Positions 1 to 13,048 of a stretch of DNA of 64,000 nt are shown here, piece after piece. How positions within the stretch are numbered: the first letter of the stretch is position 1; the number at the start of each line of letters is the position of its first letter. This stretch comes from Takakia lepidozioides (lineage: Eukaryota; Plantae; Bryophyta), in NCBI GenBank assembly GCA_030704615.1, contig CM060733.1, forward strand, positions 66,402,001 through 66,466,000, in the 5' to 3' direction. Both the position numbers and the translations under genes were made by a program. The notes beneath the pieces were generated by a model. It ran no database searches. It saw nothing but the letters and a program-made list of their open reading frames with translations, and had not been told where the DNA came from.

Positions 1-169
1 TCCGTCCGAGGCTGTTCCGAGTTGCCTCTAGCAGTCAAGGATTCCAAGAAAAACGTGTCTACAAGTGCACTTCAGCCACAAAACAAACAGTTAGGTTTGT
101 TTTTCTCCGAAAAATCAATCGGACACGCTCAGAATTACCTGCAGGAAGGTAATTCAGCGCTTCGAAATA

Positions 170-790
170 CCTGGCAAATGGAAATTCGGCGCCGAATATC
201 CATACGCCAGCGATCCGACTTACCTGCTGGATGGAAATTCGGCGCCGGATTTCCATCCATCCGGGATTCGAATTACCTGCAGGATGGAAATTCGGCGCCG
301 GATCTCCATCCATCCGCTCTCCGACCAACCTTGCGGATGGAAATCCAACGCCGGATTTCCATCCATCCGCCTGCGTGAGGGAAATTTCGCGCGCCGCCCT
401 ACCTGCGCGGATGGAAATCCGGCGCCGGATTTCCATCCATCCGCCTCCGAATTACCTGTGTGAGGGAAATTTCGCGCGCCGCCCTACCTGTGCAGATGGA
501 AATCCGGCGACGGAATCCGTCTCCAAATTACCTGCGTGAGGGAAATTTCGCGCGCCGCCCTGTGCGGATGGAAATCCGGTGCCGGATTTCCATCCATCCG
601 CCTCCGAATTACCTGCGTGAGGGAAATTTCGCGCGCCGCCCTACCTTGCAGGATGGAAATTCGGCGCTGAATTTCCATCCTGCTGCGCTCCGAATTACCT
701 GCAGGATGGAAATCCGGCGCCGGATTTCCATCCTGCAGCGCTCCGAATTACCTCTACGTTGGAAATTCCGGGCCGAGTTCCGTCGTTTTT
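170..790. repeat. Array of ~39/75-bp units built on the palindrome GATGGAAATYCGGCGCCGRATTTCCATC
   Basis: Motif recurs more than 10 times; it explains the MEIRRRISI ORFs on both strands. Confidence 0.95.
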
Positions 791-3700
791 CATCCGACAT
801 GGAGGGCTTCATCCGACATTTAATTGCGCAGTTGGGCAATAAATGTCGACCGCCATCCGTTTTCATTCGGGCTGGCGACACATGGCTTCCTGGATACGTA
901 CCATAAATCTGATGCTAATCTTGGCTTAACATGCTATTCAAGGCATGTACCCCAAAAACGGAGATCTTTTTCCATTTTGGCTGGGACTTATGCCGCCTGA
1001 AGGGCGTGGCTCTCCTGAGAGAGACCTCACATCCAGACCGCGGCGGAAATTGAAAGCTCTGTACTACGGACGACGGCCAATCTCTCGCATGGCCAAACTG
1101 AAGCTCCAGCAGGAGATTCCAGTGTCTTGCTCACAACCCGCGCCAACTGAAGCCGAGTACTCTCAGGCAAGCCACTTCTGCTTTCGCTTTGTTCGATTTC
1201 GCTTTTGCTTTCGCTTTCGCTTTCGCTTTGTTGCCTCGCTTTGTTTTTGCATCTTCATCCTGGCTTCGCTGGATGAGTGAACCTTAGATAGTTGAGTGAA
1301 CCTTAGATTGTTTGCAATGCGTGTGCAAATCTGGCAGCTCTGGAGAAGGCTGCTTGTGCAAGTCATTCTCAGGCAATGGTTGCATTTGTTTTCATTGTTG
1401 TTGCATGGCTCTCCATACTTCCTAAACTTGTTATGTTTTCATTTTTGTTACACGATTGTTGCTATGGTGGTTGCGATGCTGGTTTTGGCACCAATGTTGG
1501 TTTTCACGATTTTGGGAATGACAGAGTGACGACGAGCCCGACACGTTGGTGGTATCATCGACTGCTGCAACTCATCGCATGTTTGAACCGCCCACCTTGG
1601 AGCGAGAGGGCAAACTTCAACCTTTTGTTGGTGGACGGGAGGACCTGCAGCGAGAGTACGACAGAACAGGCATTGGGGAGGTTGGTGCAGGCCTCATGGC
1701 AGGTGAAGGGCGTGAGGAAGTGAGAACAGCAGATCCGGCAATGGAGGTTGTTGATGCAGAAGCAGTAGGGCCCGTCCAAGCAAAGAAGAAGAAGAAAGCC
1801 AAGCACGTGCAATCCCTGGCGCGAGAGCCGTCACGGGCTGCGGAGGGGGGAGTTCGCAGTGCGCGCGAGGGTGTCAGTTCGCCTACCTCAAAGGTGGTCG
1901 TCCATCCGGGCTCCCCTGCTGCTAGCCCTAATAAGAAACAGAAAGCCCGTGAGAGGGCAAAAGAGAGGGCAAAAGAACAGGCAAGACACAACGCTAGCCA
2001 GGAGGAAAGAGAAAAGGCCACTGAAGAGGCCAGGGGTTCCGAACTGACAGATTCCCATGTAAGTGAGGGACGCACAGAGACGATGGATCCCTCCAAGACA
2101 CCACAAAGAGGCAGCAACACACCGGTTAGACCATCGCGGGCAAGAGCAGCCCCTGCAATTACCCATACGGTTGAGAGTGGAGGAGAGGAAAGAACACCAG
2201 AAAGAGCACGGATTGTGCAAGTTCGAGGTGAAGCCAGGGAGAGGGCAGTAGAGACGGGGAGAGTGCTGGAGGTGGTTTCGCAGGTGGCTGACGCTGTTGA
2301 GGAGGACGACAGGGAGCTTTCTGACCAGGATGACATCCTCCCGGACATCCCCAGGCCCCAAACCCGGAGCATACAGGCTGGATTTGGCGGTCCTGGTGGG
2401 CTGCCGGAAAACCCCTCTGCAGCAGATGTCATGTCGGAGGCGGATATGAAGTTGGCCACTGCCAAGATGTTGGAGGCAACCCACAGCAACATTGGCAGGG
2501 TGCTGGGGGGCATGGTGTACCCGGCCAAGCTTCGAATTCCCCTTTGCCACTTGGTGTCATTGCAGGTGGTGAGACCTGCCCTCCCAGGCGATATCGACAA
2601 GCTGAAATTCTCTTTCCGGGATGGATATCGAATGGGGTCTTCCGCGTTTTACGTTTCCATTGAGAACGACCAGCGGAGCTTTCCGTGCCCACATTTCCGA
2701 TGAGGTGGACAAATGGGGTCCCCATTGGCAAACGCGAAATGAGGAGTTCGAGAGATCGATTGCTAGTGATCCTCTTTTCCAGCACTTGTCCGGTAAGATG
2801 TTCTACATGTGGGACGGCAATCATCGCCTCCTGGCATGGATGGAGCACATTGCCCAAGCCCACCCCAACGACCTCGATTGGCATTTCGCCGTGGAGTGTG
2901 TTGTGCTGAAGGTTGCGGGGCCCAAAGATCGCAGTCTTCTCAAAGCTGCAATGGCGGACATCAACTCGTAAGTTACAACGCCTCTCGCTTTTGGACTTTG
3001 AATTTGGAAGTCATTTCATTGCGAATCCTCATATATGATGAAAATTCCCATTTCAGTATTGTTTGATGGAAATGTGGCACTGAAGGGTGACTGAGAATGC
3101 CTTCATTGCCACCAACTTGTCCCATATGCTCTTCCGAGTGAAGGATGTCGGGAAGCAGGGGGTGCAAGAGTTTGCCAATTCCCTCAGTGCCGACCTCCTG
3201 CGCAAGTCGGAGGCAAAGGCAGACAGAACCTGGTATAGGCTGAGCGTCGACGCCATGGTGGACTACATATTTCGGGTAAAGCTCCTGACAGTTTTGTTGA
3301 GCTAATCTATCTCTCCTCCCCCAATAGAAGAAAAGGTCTTTGCCGTGATTTCTAATCTCCTCCCCCAATAGAAGAAATTGTGTTGAGCAGGATCTCTAAT
3401 CTTATGTGCGCATTCTTGACAGACGAAAATACAACAGGATTTGGCACATGCGTGGAGGTTCTACATGGAGTCAGAGGAGAAGAATCCAATCCTCCCGGCA
3501 CTCGAATCGTATGTCAAAGCTGCGGAGGTGAGGGCCCGCATAAAGTACAAGTCGCGGATGGTAAAGTACGTGGCCATAGCTGATCCCGCCCTTGGTGCCG
3601 ACTTTCTGGTGGAGGTGGGGAAGCACTACTCTCGCGCTCTGAAGCCCACGATGACATTGGAGAAGCTCCATTGTCTAGCCACATCCTGTGTGGATGCAAC

Positions 3701-4299
3701 AGAAAAGGTGAACATTCTTAACCAAATTGTGGTGGCAACAACTCATTTTTGTGGTGTTTGGCGCTTACGAATATGCTGGGTGGTTGGACAGACCCGGTGG
3801 CTCCAAATCTAGAATGGTTCCCAAAGTACCAGGGACATGTGGAGCTTCCCCAAACCGGACAAACTCTCTGACCCCACATTCGACATGTGGATGAACCGCA
3901 TGACATGGTGGTTTTAGGTACTTCCCCACGCTTCGTTTGGGGCTTCTACTCTAGTAGGGGGTGGATTCATTGTATTTTTTCAGGAAAGCGATCTGATGGA
4001 GAATCTCCACAGGTGACGACGAATGCGCAAGAGCAGCTGGACACACAAGCACATCAGTTCAAGATGGAGATATCTCCTGCAGCAGAGAGCCTACGTGACT
4101 ATGTGACGAGGTACTTTCTGCTCTACAAAACCAACCTATTCTTTCGGGAGATAGCAGATGCTCGCCGGAGCCACGAGTTCACCGACCAGCCGAACGCGGA
4201 CAAAGCAGCAATGCACCTTCTGTACAGGTACATACGCGCTGCCTTTCTTTCAAGTCCTTGCATTTCAGGATGTTAGAGGCCTCATGTGGTGTTAGGGAA

Positions 4300-4641
4300 A
4301 ATGACGCCGAATTTCCAGTCAGGGCTCCGAAAATGGCTAAGTCCCTAGACTGGCTGGCCCTGAACTGGAAATTCGGCGCCATTTTCCAGTTCTAGGCCCT
4401 ATTGCCGTTCAGGGACTTGGCCATTTTCGGGCTAAGTCCCTAGACTCGCTGGCCCGGAACTGGAAATTCGGTGCCATTTTCCAGTTCTAGGCCCTATTGC
4501 CGTTCAGGGACTTAGCCATTTTCGGGCTAAGTCCCTAGACTCGCTGGCCCTGAACTGGAAATTCGGCGCCATTTTCCAGTTCCAGGCCCTATTGCCGTTC
4601 AGGGACTTAGCCATTTTCGGGCTAAGTCCCTAGGGTGGCTG
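4300..4641. repeat. Intronic ~87-bp tandem array (GGAAATTCGGCGCCATTTTCC core), left part
   Basis: Unit CTAAGTCCCTAGACT..GCCCTGAACTGGAAATTCGGCGCCATTTTCCAGTTCTAGGCCCTATTGCCGTTCAGGGACTTAGCC; resumes at 6872-7200 after the insert. Confidence 0.9.
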
Positions 4642-6871
4642 TGTAGTGTGAATTCAGGGGAGTGACATTACATTTTGTCTTACCGTTAAGACCCTGCATC
4701 ACTACAACGGGAGTGCCCGTTGTACAACTGCAGGAGGGATATATCCCTGCATACAGGTAATTTCATGGGCATATTGTGCTTATGCTTTGCCAGGATAAAA
4801 ATGGCTAAGTCATGACCATGCGTATTTTCATCCGTAGGATGCACGTTTTCATCCCAGGTGTTTAACCTAGAAACGCGGGTTGAGGAAAACGAAGAGGAAG
4901 ATGACGGGCAACTCTTAGCAGCTGCTGCGAGCAGTGGGGTTGTCAGGGCCGTCTGTTTGTGGGAGGTTGTACCTACGCTATGGGACTCTGCTTGGTTTTG
5001 AGAGCGGCATTAAGTGCTTCTGCTTGGTATTCTGTGTAAGGGAAAGCGGTGCCGCTTCTCTCGTAGTGATGATCAATTCCTGGAGTAGGAGCATGTAAGA
5101 AGAGCGGCGCACCACCGCTGTCGCCATTGCCTTGAAGAAAACAGTTATGGGCAGATGAGCAAGCAAGGAAAACGGCCAGCTGCCGGAAGCACAAGGAAGT
5201 GAGTTGTGGGCACAATCAATGGAGGGGATGAGGCATGTGAAGTGCTGGCTGGATGGCAACTCAGGTTATCTGTAATCAAAGCTTATAGCTGCTTTTGTGT
5301 CATCTTACTATAGGACCATATCAATTCTTAGGGAAGAATTGCACGCATAGAAGGATAGAGTATTTAGTTGGCAAGCCACAGGATGTTCCATAGGATGAAG
5401 AGGAGCCATCATGGCATGATAAATACTGGAATCAAGACAAGGAGAATAGGTTGAAGTGGCTGCTGACAGGCGATGGTGAGGTGCCATCTTGGCTGGCAGA
5501 TCCACCGCTTCGCTGGAGGATAAACAGATAAGTTCGTAGACTGTGGGCTTCGGTTTTTGGGGGAGTGGTGACTTAGAAATCGTTTTGGTGTGGATTTAGG
5601 ACTGGCTCTATGTAGAGGAGAAGGAGGTAGAGATATGTGATGGAGGAAAAGGTTTTGGAAATGGAATGGAGACTCTGAAACTTCAAACCAGGATAGGGAA
5701 AGGATGGATGCACCTGATGTTATAGTGTCAGTAGGAGAAATGAGTGGTGGAGAGACTGCTTGTCACTGAATCAGAATGGTCACTGTTTATCTTCATTCTT
5801 GTTCTTTGTTTCAGTGTTATGAACCTGCACACAATGCTGCCCTGGTTATTGATACACTGGAACCAATGTAGGCCTAGCTTGGCTGATTGAAAACACCAGT
5901 GAGGGTTAGTTAGAACTGTTGAAAACAGAGAAAGGATAATGTGGAAGGGGAGGCAACACCGGCACTGATTTGTTTTTCTTTTGGAACTAGTTTCCAGCAT
6001 GGTCTCAGGGTATGAACAACTGAGGTTCATAGTTGAAGGGAAAAGAGGGCTGTTGGGGTATTTGGTTGAAACCTATAGAAAGGCTGAGAGCTGTTTGGGC
6101 AATGGCTTCTTTTGGAAAAAGGTAGTGTGAAGGGCTGGTCATTGGAGAGAGAGAGAGAGAGAGAGACTGATAGACTGATGAATGGGATGGTTATGCCTTG
6201 TGTGACCGAGGATGATTTCAAGGCTGGGTGCACTGGATGCCTGGCTGAGTTGTGCATTGCATTGCATGGTAGATATGCTGCTGTTGAAGAAGTGAGGAAC
6301 CTGTAGACCAAGATTAGAGAGAGAGAGAAAAGGATTTGGGAAGGGAGAGAGCTGCTCAGTAAAAGGGGTTGATGGGGGATGGCCAATTTGGGGAAATAAG
6401 ATGAAGAAAACATGAACCCTGAAAGAGACCAGTGGCCTTGCAGTTCATGGCAGATCTGAGCTGCCTCCCTCTAAATCTGTGTCACCATTACAAAAGGGGG
6501 CTTCCGACGTGTCACTGCTCAAGGGAGCTTCACATTAAGGGTCGTGTTCAGCGCTGTCATAGGGCTGGTTGCATCACAGAAAAGATCATGGCAGCACTGT
6601 TGGCGCTGTGATCATAGGGCAAGGATGTTGTATAAAAATAGAACCAAGACCAAGAACAATTCAAAACTCCCCATCCATGTCTTCTCTTCCGCTGCGGCGT
6701 GGATGAGGATTGCATGAACTCTGATCACGAACGAACTAAGGGAAATCCACAGCCATGTGAAGATGGTTGGATCACTAGAACGTTCCTTCCTTTTGCTTTG
6801 CCTTCAACTGAGGAGGAGTACAGATTAGAATCACCCAGAAGGGAATTCACGCCCCTTCTTTTCACACTACA
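4642..6871. mobile_element. 2.2-kb non-coding insert, probable solo LTR
   Basis: Ends TGTAGTGTGAA...TTCACACTACA (11-bp inverted, TG..CA). 4-bp TSD GCTG (4638-4641/6872-6875). Absent from the equivalent intron of copy 2. Confidence 0.8.
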
Positions 6872-8177
6872 GCTGGCCCTGAAGTGGAAATTCGGCGCCA
6901 TTTTCCAATTCTAGGCCCTATTGCCGTTCAGGGACTTAGCCATTTTCGGGCTAAGTCCCTAGGGTGGCTGGCCCTGAACTGGAAATTCGGCGCCATTTTT
7001 CCAGTTCTAGGCCCTATTGCAGTTCTAGGACTTAGCCATCTTCGGGCCAAACCGGGAAAAATGGCGCCGAATTTCCAGTTCAGGGCTCCCAAGATGGCTA
7101 AGTCCCTAGGGTGGCAGTCACCGAAAACCGAAATTCGGCGCCATTTTTCCATTTCTAGGCCCACTCACATCCGCCCCAACCTGGGAAAATGGTGCCGAAT
7201 ATGCATTTCAGGGACCTCATTGTGTTTTTCATGAATGCAGGTACTGCAAGTTCTTCCTTTTGGAGAAAGGTCATCTGTCTTTTGAGCCACCATTCTTCCT
7301 GGCATGGAGGAACCCTGGGGCTGACTCCATGTACACTGACGATATTGTGAAGGAGTGGCATCTGGAACATTTGCGTGATTGCCCTTGGTATGTGGACCTT
7401 CCGCCCGGCTCGCTCGACCCATCCGAGTTTCAATTGAAGCTGGATGCTGAATTCCGACGAAACCGGGCTCCGCTGCCTCCGTTGGGTGCAAAAGAGGCAA
7501 AAATGCTTGCGAACTCCAGGAAAGCGGCAGAGCTTGCTCAGGCAGGAATTCAGGAGAAATTGCATGAGAAGAGTAAAGGCCAAAGGAAAATGACAAGGAA
7601 TCAGGTGAGTGCAGTAACACCCAAAAAGAAGAAAACCATCGGGGCATCGGAGGAGGCGCAGGAGGGGACCCAAGAGAGTGACTCGGACGACGACTTTGTT
7701 CAAGGTCCTGCGACTGCTGTTGCTCCTACCCAGTCATCGGTCGTCCGGGTTCCCAAGTCAGTTCGGAGTGGGACTGGCTCTGCCAAGAAGTTGGCATTTG
7801 AGGGCGAGCCTACACGGCGGTATTCGGCGGTGACGTTTACGCACAGGCCAAAGCTAGAACCTCCAACCATCATCCAATGCGTCAATGAGAGCTTCCTTGA
7901 CGCTCTCGCTGCTAAGGCGAAGAAGGTGGCACACAGCAAGTCTCTGGCGGAGCAGAAGAGGAAAGCCAAGAAGAGGGCTGGCGGTACAAAGCCTAAAGAC
8001 ACCCCTGGTTTTGAAGCCATGATGGAATTCTTCACGGCTGTGAGCACGGATTGCAAGAGCACTCGGGGGGGGGGGGTTGAGGTGGAGAGAGCTTGCGACA
8101 TGATTCTCCTCGACATTCCAGATGGGGAGCTGCTGGAGGGCCTGGATGGTGTGCCCACCTGGAACAGGTTTACTGAG

Positions 8178-8520
8178 CACTACAACAGATTGCGGCTTTT
8201 ACGACTCCCATGGGTGCGCAGTCATGACAGATTTGTGGCAGAAATGCCATTTGCAGTCGTAAAATGCTTTTGAAGTCATAATGCAGGTCTGGGGAAGGCG
8301 TATATGCGACTGCATGGCTCCGGACTCTGCGGAACACAGGTCAAACATGTTTGACCACGAATATTGGCATGGCAGATATGACTACCAGTCACGGTCATGG
8401 CTACACTAGAATGACGTGTGTATATTGCTAGAAAGACATATGACTTCATGACTCTCACTCTAATGCATTCTGCCAGATCATCACATGGATGAATCACTAC
8501 ATGACTGCACATGTCAACAC
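8178..8520. mobile_element. CACTA (EnSpm)-type terminus; other end not found
   Basis: CACTACAACAG followed by subterminal TTTTACGACT/AGTCGTAAAA and related CATGACT/AGTCATG repeats. Coincides with the apparent end of accessory-gene coding sequence. Confidence 0.6.
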
Positions 8521-9639
8521 ATGCTTTTCTGGTTATATATATATAATATATGAGTATTTATATTTTGAAAAAACGGAGACTCTGACCACTAGAATCAATT
8601 TTATAAAAAAACAAAATGCAATTTAAAAAAAAAAAAACACATCGGCTGGTAAGTGCACAGTGTGTCGCCCTGGTGGTTTGGGGTTCAAACCCGCTGCCTT
8701 ATCCCGTGTGTGGGATTGTTCGTGACAGTATGTCTAGGCGTTGATCGTCCTGTACGTCTTATGGCCCATAAATGAAGGCGGGTGAATTTTCCCCCCTCCT
8801 CAAGGACTTGTGGTTTCCTTTAAGAAAAGAAAAAAAAGAAAAAAAATCAAAGAGGGGCTTTTAGGGTTTACAAAAAGGTTAAAAAACTTAAAAAGTTGCC
8901 CATCACGGTAGCGTGAACAGACTTAGAGCGAGCGGGAGGGAGAGAGAGAGAGGGTTGGGACTTAGAGCGAGCAAGCGGGAGAGAGGGCAAACATGCATGG
9001 GAGGCCCGCAGTTGGATCAACCTTCGCATTTGGAGCAAGCAACCCTAGAAACGCTACGGTATGTGTGCGAGGAGGTTTCGGCTGGGAGCCCGCCGTTCTT
9101 GGGAGAGTCAGCTTCGTCTTAGCAGGCCATGTTTCAATCTCTACCCGCTCGGCCATGATTTTACAGCACGGAGCAGAGCTGGCATGAGTTTCTAAAAGAT
9201 CATTCACGATGGTGGGACAACCGCAATCGCAAGGTGTGGCTTTTTCTTAATGTACGATGTGAAGAAGTTTGTCCATCCTGCAAATGTGGGTTGTTGGCTC
9301 CTGTTAGTACCATGATTTGGTATTCTTCCTGATGTTTTCAAGGTTCTTGGGAGAGTCAGCTTGGTCTTAGCAGGCCGTGTTTCAATCTCTGCCTGCTCAT
9401 CTGCACCGTGCTGGTTCTCACAGACCAATCCGACATTACCTGACTACAAGACACAAGCAGCACACACAAGAAGTCCTTTTGGGTTGATGGTCGGTCAAAT
9501 CCTCTATGGGTTCTTCTTCGACCTATTTCAGCCTGTTTTGCCCTCTCATCAGACTCGGCCTTGAGATGCATATTGAATTATGTAAGTTAGCTTGTTGCTC
9601 ATTGATAAGTAGGGTTGGGGGTGTTTGCTGGAATGATTG

Positions 9640-11595
9640 TTGTATGCATGATTTTGTGCAGAGGCATAGATAGCTGAAGGAGCAGGGATAGAGTGTGGAA
9701 GAGGGCCAGATTTCAAGCTCCAGATTATCTATGATTCCCTGTGGAAGGATAGATACAAGAAACCTGCATGGGTAGATGGTCAATTGGAAGCCGTAGCAGT
9801 AGCAGCACAATTGATACAATCAAGCACTGCTAATGAAGGCACCTTCTGAAACACATTTCACCCTATTTTCCCCTCTTATCAGAATCGGCCCTAAATTTTC
9901 ATGTTCAATTCTGCAAGTTGGCTGGTTGAGTGAATCTAGTTGGAGTGACTTTGACATGATACTGCCAATGTGACAAGAGTATGCATTGAACCCATTGGTA
10001 GCGGGATATTGGGATATCTCTTGGCCATGTGCCATCGTCAAAGCTGAAACTGTACTAGTTGTCATTCTGACCACTGCCCTAGTGGACATGTATGCCAAAT
10101 GTGGGTGCAGCAAGCCTGATGCAAAGGGAGAGTTCGACAACATGGCTAAATGAGATGTGGTGTTGTGGACTGCCATGATTGTAAGGTGTGTGTAGCATAG
10201 GTGTGGGAGTAAGGCTTTGGAAACCTAAGAACAAATGATGTGGGAAAGGATGAAGCCAAACCAGGTCATGTTCATTTGTGTTTGTTAATATGCATATGCG
10301 AACCTAGCAGCCCTGGGAAGGGGCCAAGAGGTTCATGGTGACATCATCAAAGCTGGAATTGTACCTGATGTCATTCTGAACATTCCCTTGGTGTACATGT
10401 ATGTCAAATGCGAGCCTGGTAGCCCTGGAAAGGACGCAAAGGTCCATTATCAAATCTGGAATTGTACCACTAGATGTCACTCTAAACACTGCCTTGGTGG
10501 ATATGTATGTCAAATGCACGCCTGGCAGCCCTGAAAAAGGGTACAGAGGTCCACGGAGATATTGTCAAAGCTGGTATTGTATTTGATGTGATTCTGAACG
10601 TTGCCGTAGTGGACATGTATGCCAAGGTTGCAGGGTGCAACTACAAGGATACATGGTTGTTTTGATAATATGGCTGAATGAGATGTGGTACCAGCCTAGC
10701 CCATAATTGCACTTACCTAGAGTAGGCAATGAGTGAAGACGGGGTTTGTGATGTTGATCGTCCAAGCTGGAATTAAACAAATGTTGTTCTGAACTATGCC
10801 CTTGTGGACTTGTATGCCAAATTGGGGTGCATGGAGGATGATGATCCCAGGATATGCACAACAGCGGCACGGGATGGAGGCCCTTTGGAGAGGTCTATGA
10901 GCAAGTGGTGTGGGAAGGGATACTGCAGCGCAACCACATCGCGTTTGTTACATTTGCAACATGTGTGCAAGCCTGGCAGCCCTGCAAAATAGCAAAGAGG
11001 TTCGTGGTGGAATTGTACTAGATGTTGATCTGAACTTTGACATGATGCCAATGTGACAACAGGAAAGTATCCAGAAACAGGTCACAAAGACGAGGAGAAG
11101 TTGTGGAATGGTGGGACAACCGAGGGAAAAAGGTTAATGCCTGTTAGATTATAGAGGGCAGACGCAATTCAGCATAGGAACTAGTGTGATAAGCTGAGTT
11201 GGGTGTTTCCTAGAACAAATGTAGGCTGTCATTATCAGCTGCAAGGCAAGGAAGTATGCATGATTTGTGCAGAAGCAGTGATAGCTGAAAGAGCAGGGAT
11301 AGAGTATGGGTCCAGATTCATCCAAGAGGGCCAGATTTCAAGCACATGATTACCTATGATTACCTGTGGATTTAGCTATAAGAAACCTGCATGGGTAGAT
11401 GGTGAACTGGAAGCCGCAGGAGTAGCGGCACAATTGATAAAATCAAGCACTGCTAATAAAGGCACCTTCTTCAACACATTTCACCCTGTTTTTCCCTCTT
11501 ATCAGAACCGGCCCTAAATTTCAATGTCTGCAAGTTAGCTGGTTGAGTGAATCTAGTTTGGAGTGACTTTGACATGATATTGCCAATGTGACAAC
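9640..11595. repeat. Diverged ~335-bp direct repeat (9640-9975 and ~11258-11595) bracketing the PPR fragments
   Basis: Shared GTATGCATGATTT..GAGCAGGGATAGAGT..AACCTGCATGGGTAGATGGT..CTTTGACATGATA.TGCCAATGTGACAA; the last motif also occurs at ~11036. Confidence 0.8.
9990..11035 (+). pseudogene. Degraded PLS-class pentatricopeptide-repeat (PPR) gene fragments
   Basis: Repeated TALVDMYAKCG / DVVLWTAMI / MKPNQVMFICV / LNTALVDMYVKC motifs with many stops and frameshifts. Confidence 0.8.
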
Positions 11596-12599
11596 AGGAA
11601 AGTATCGAAAAACAGTTAACGGAGATGAGGGGAAGCTGTGGAATGAATACTTTTCTGACCCCAGTCAATGGGACTAGGCATGGTCTGCATCTACTATCAA
11701 TTGCCAAATGCTACAGAGCACAAGTACATTACTTGAGTGCATTGCTTCATTAGTCTCTACAAGTAATTTCTGGAACTCCATACCAGCATATGTGCTCCCC
11801 TGTGAGAAACTTGCATGCCACATGTACCTTCTCATTCATTTGTGGATGAGCTTATGCACCACGATGGACTTCATCCACATTCTGCATTTTTGTTACCTTT
11901 TTTGGTTTTCATCATCCATGCGTGAGGATGTCCATTTTCATCCATGTTTCCCTCATCTTCCACATATTCATCAAACATTCATCCATCATTCATCCATCAT
12001 CCATCCAAAATTCATCCACGAGCACACCTGCTGGGATCCATGTAATTAGGGCCACTGTACGCATTTCCACAGGTTGTGACCGCGGTAATAGGTCTTCTGT
12101 GCGACTCATGACCGTGGTTACAGGCCCCATGAGGTCCACGTCATCTTGAAGTGTGTGCAGATTCCTGTTCATACAATTTTCCGTTCACGTGAGCATGCTC
12201 ACAATCTAGCATTTCCCAACCCAAAGGACCTCTTGTGTGTGCTACTTGTGTTTTGTAGTGTGAAAAAGAAGGGCATGAATCCCTTCTGTAAAATCTAAAT
12301 CAAGTTCGTAGTGCAAAGAAGCTTGCTGCCCCAGCCCACTACACCCTAGTGAAGACAAGTTTGCTACCATAAATCACTATCCTCAATCATGTGACTGACT
12401 AGTGGCAGTCTAGTGGTTGGACTAGTGGCTGGACTAGTGGTGGACTAGTGGTATACTAGTGTGTGGTGTGCACATGTGTTGTGTGGTTTTGGACAGCGAT
12501 ATAGTTGTGTAGCAATATGTATGCGCACGACAATATTATAGTTCCCAAAAATGGGCTGGCAAATGGCCTCCTCGTAATTACCAGACATTCTTTGCGTGA

Positions 12600-13048
12600 G
12601 ATTGGGCCTCAACCGGTTCCACGCATTCCTGATTGAAGTCTAAGGCCTAGACCCTGCTGGAGATGAGTTGCCCTTGCCTTGCACTATCCACCTCAGACAG
12701 GGCTGTCGGCCTTGGGCACCTGGACGATATCCCCCTCCACGTATAGTGGCATACCTCAATGTGTTTCGGTGTTGGGCAATAGCAAGGTTCTCAAAAGCCA
12801 TAGGCATGACCCTCTTGAACAACTCTGCCCGCTGGGCACATGCTTGTGTCCACACATCCGGATCATCAAGGTTGAGGACTACTGCAGCCTCCCTGTGAAT
12901 AGACGTAGGCAAATCTGGCTCTCGGCCAAAAAGAAGGAAATATGGTGAGAAGGAGGCAAGTGATGCTTGCTTGCTAAACCTGTAGCCCATGGCTAACCAA
13001 GGTACCTGAAGATCCCAATCTCCTAGGTGTCCCTTTTGCAAGCCATAC
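12600..13048 (-). pseudogene. Integrase core fragment of a different Ty3/gypsy family (probable DNMT-carrying element)
   Basis: DWDLQVPWLAMGYRFSKQASLASFSPYFLLFGREPDLP..AFENLAIAQHRNTLRYA, typical of the C-terminal half of the gypsy rve domain. Confidence 0.8.

Larger units (their letters stand above)
1..8177. mobile_element. Subfamily A copy 1 (partial): intergenic palindrome array + ParB-like gene; runs off the window on the left, cut by a CACTA end at 8178
   Basis: Position 1 aligns to 32273. Near-identical to 32273-38327 apart from a 2.2-kb insert at 4642-6871 and array copy number. Confidence 0.9.
945..8177 (+). pseudogene. Accessory gene A (copy 1): ParB/Srx-like domain with intact WDGNHRLLAW; ends in CDMILLDIPDG motif before truncation
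   Basis: ORFs 945-1166, 1525-2968 (frameshift ~2670), 3086-3276, 3423-3708, ~3794-3918, 4012-4227, 7241-8177 join at splice sites matching copy 2. Confidence 0.8.

Noticed and set aside
22-906. MEIRRRISI-repeat proteins (also 31100-33290 and other array ORFs)
   Set aside because: They arise on both strands from translating a palindromic array; no coding evidence.
1617-2600. Long antisense ORFs opposite the accessory gene and gag/pol
   Set aside because: Shadow frames of GC-rich coding sequence without recognisable motifs.
1546-2971. Bacterial contamination or plasmid parB locus
   Set aside because: The gene has conserved spliceosomal introns and is interleaved with plant TEs; no parA or operon context.
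12251-12260. Right CACTA terminus matching 8178
   Set aside because: It is followed by TGAAAAAGAAGGGC, matching the solo-LTR-like end, not by the expected GAG TSD.
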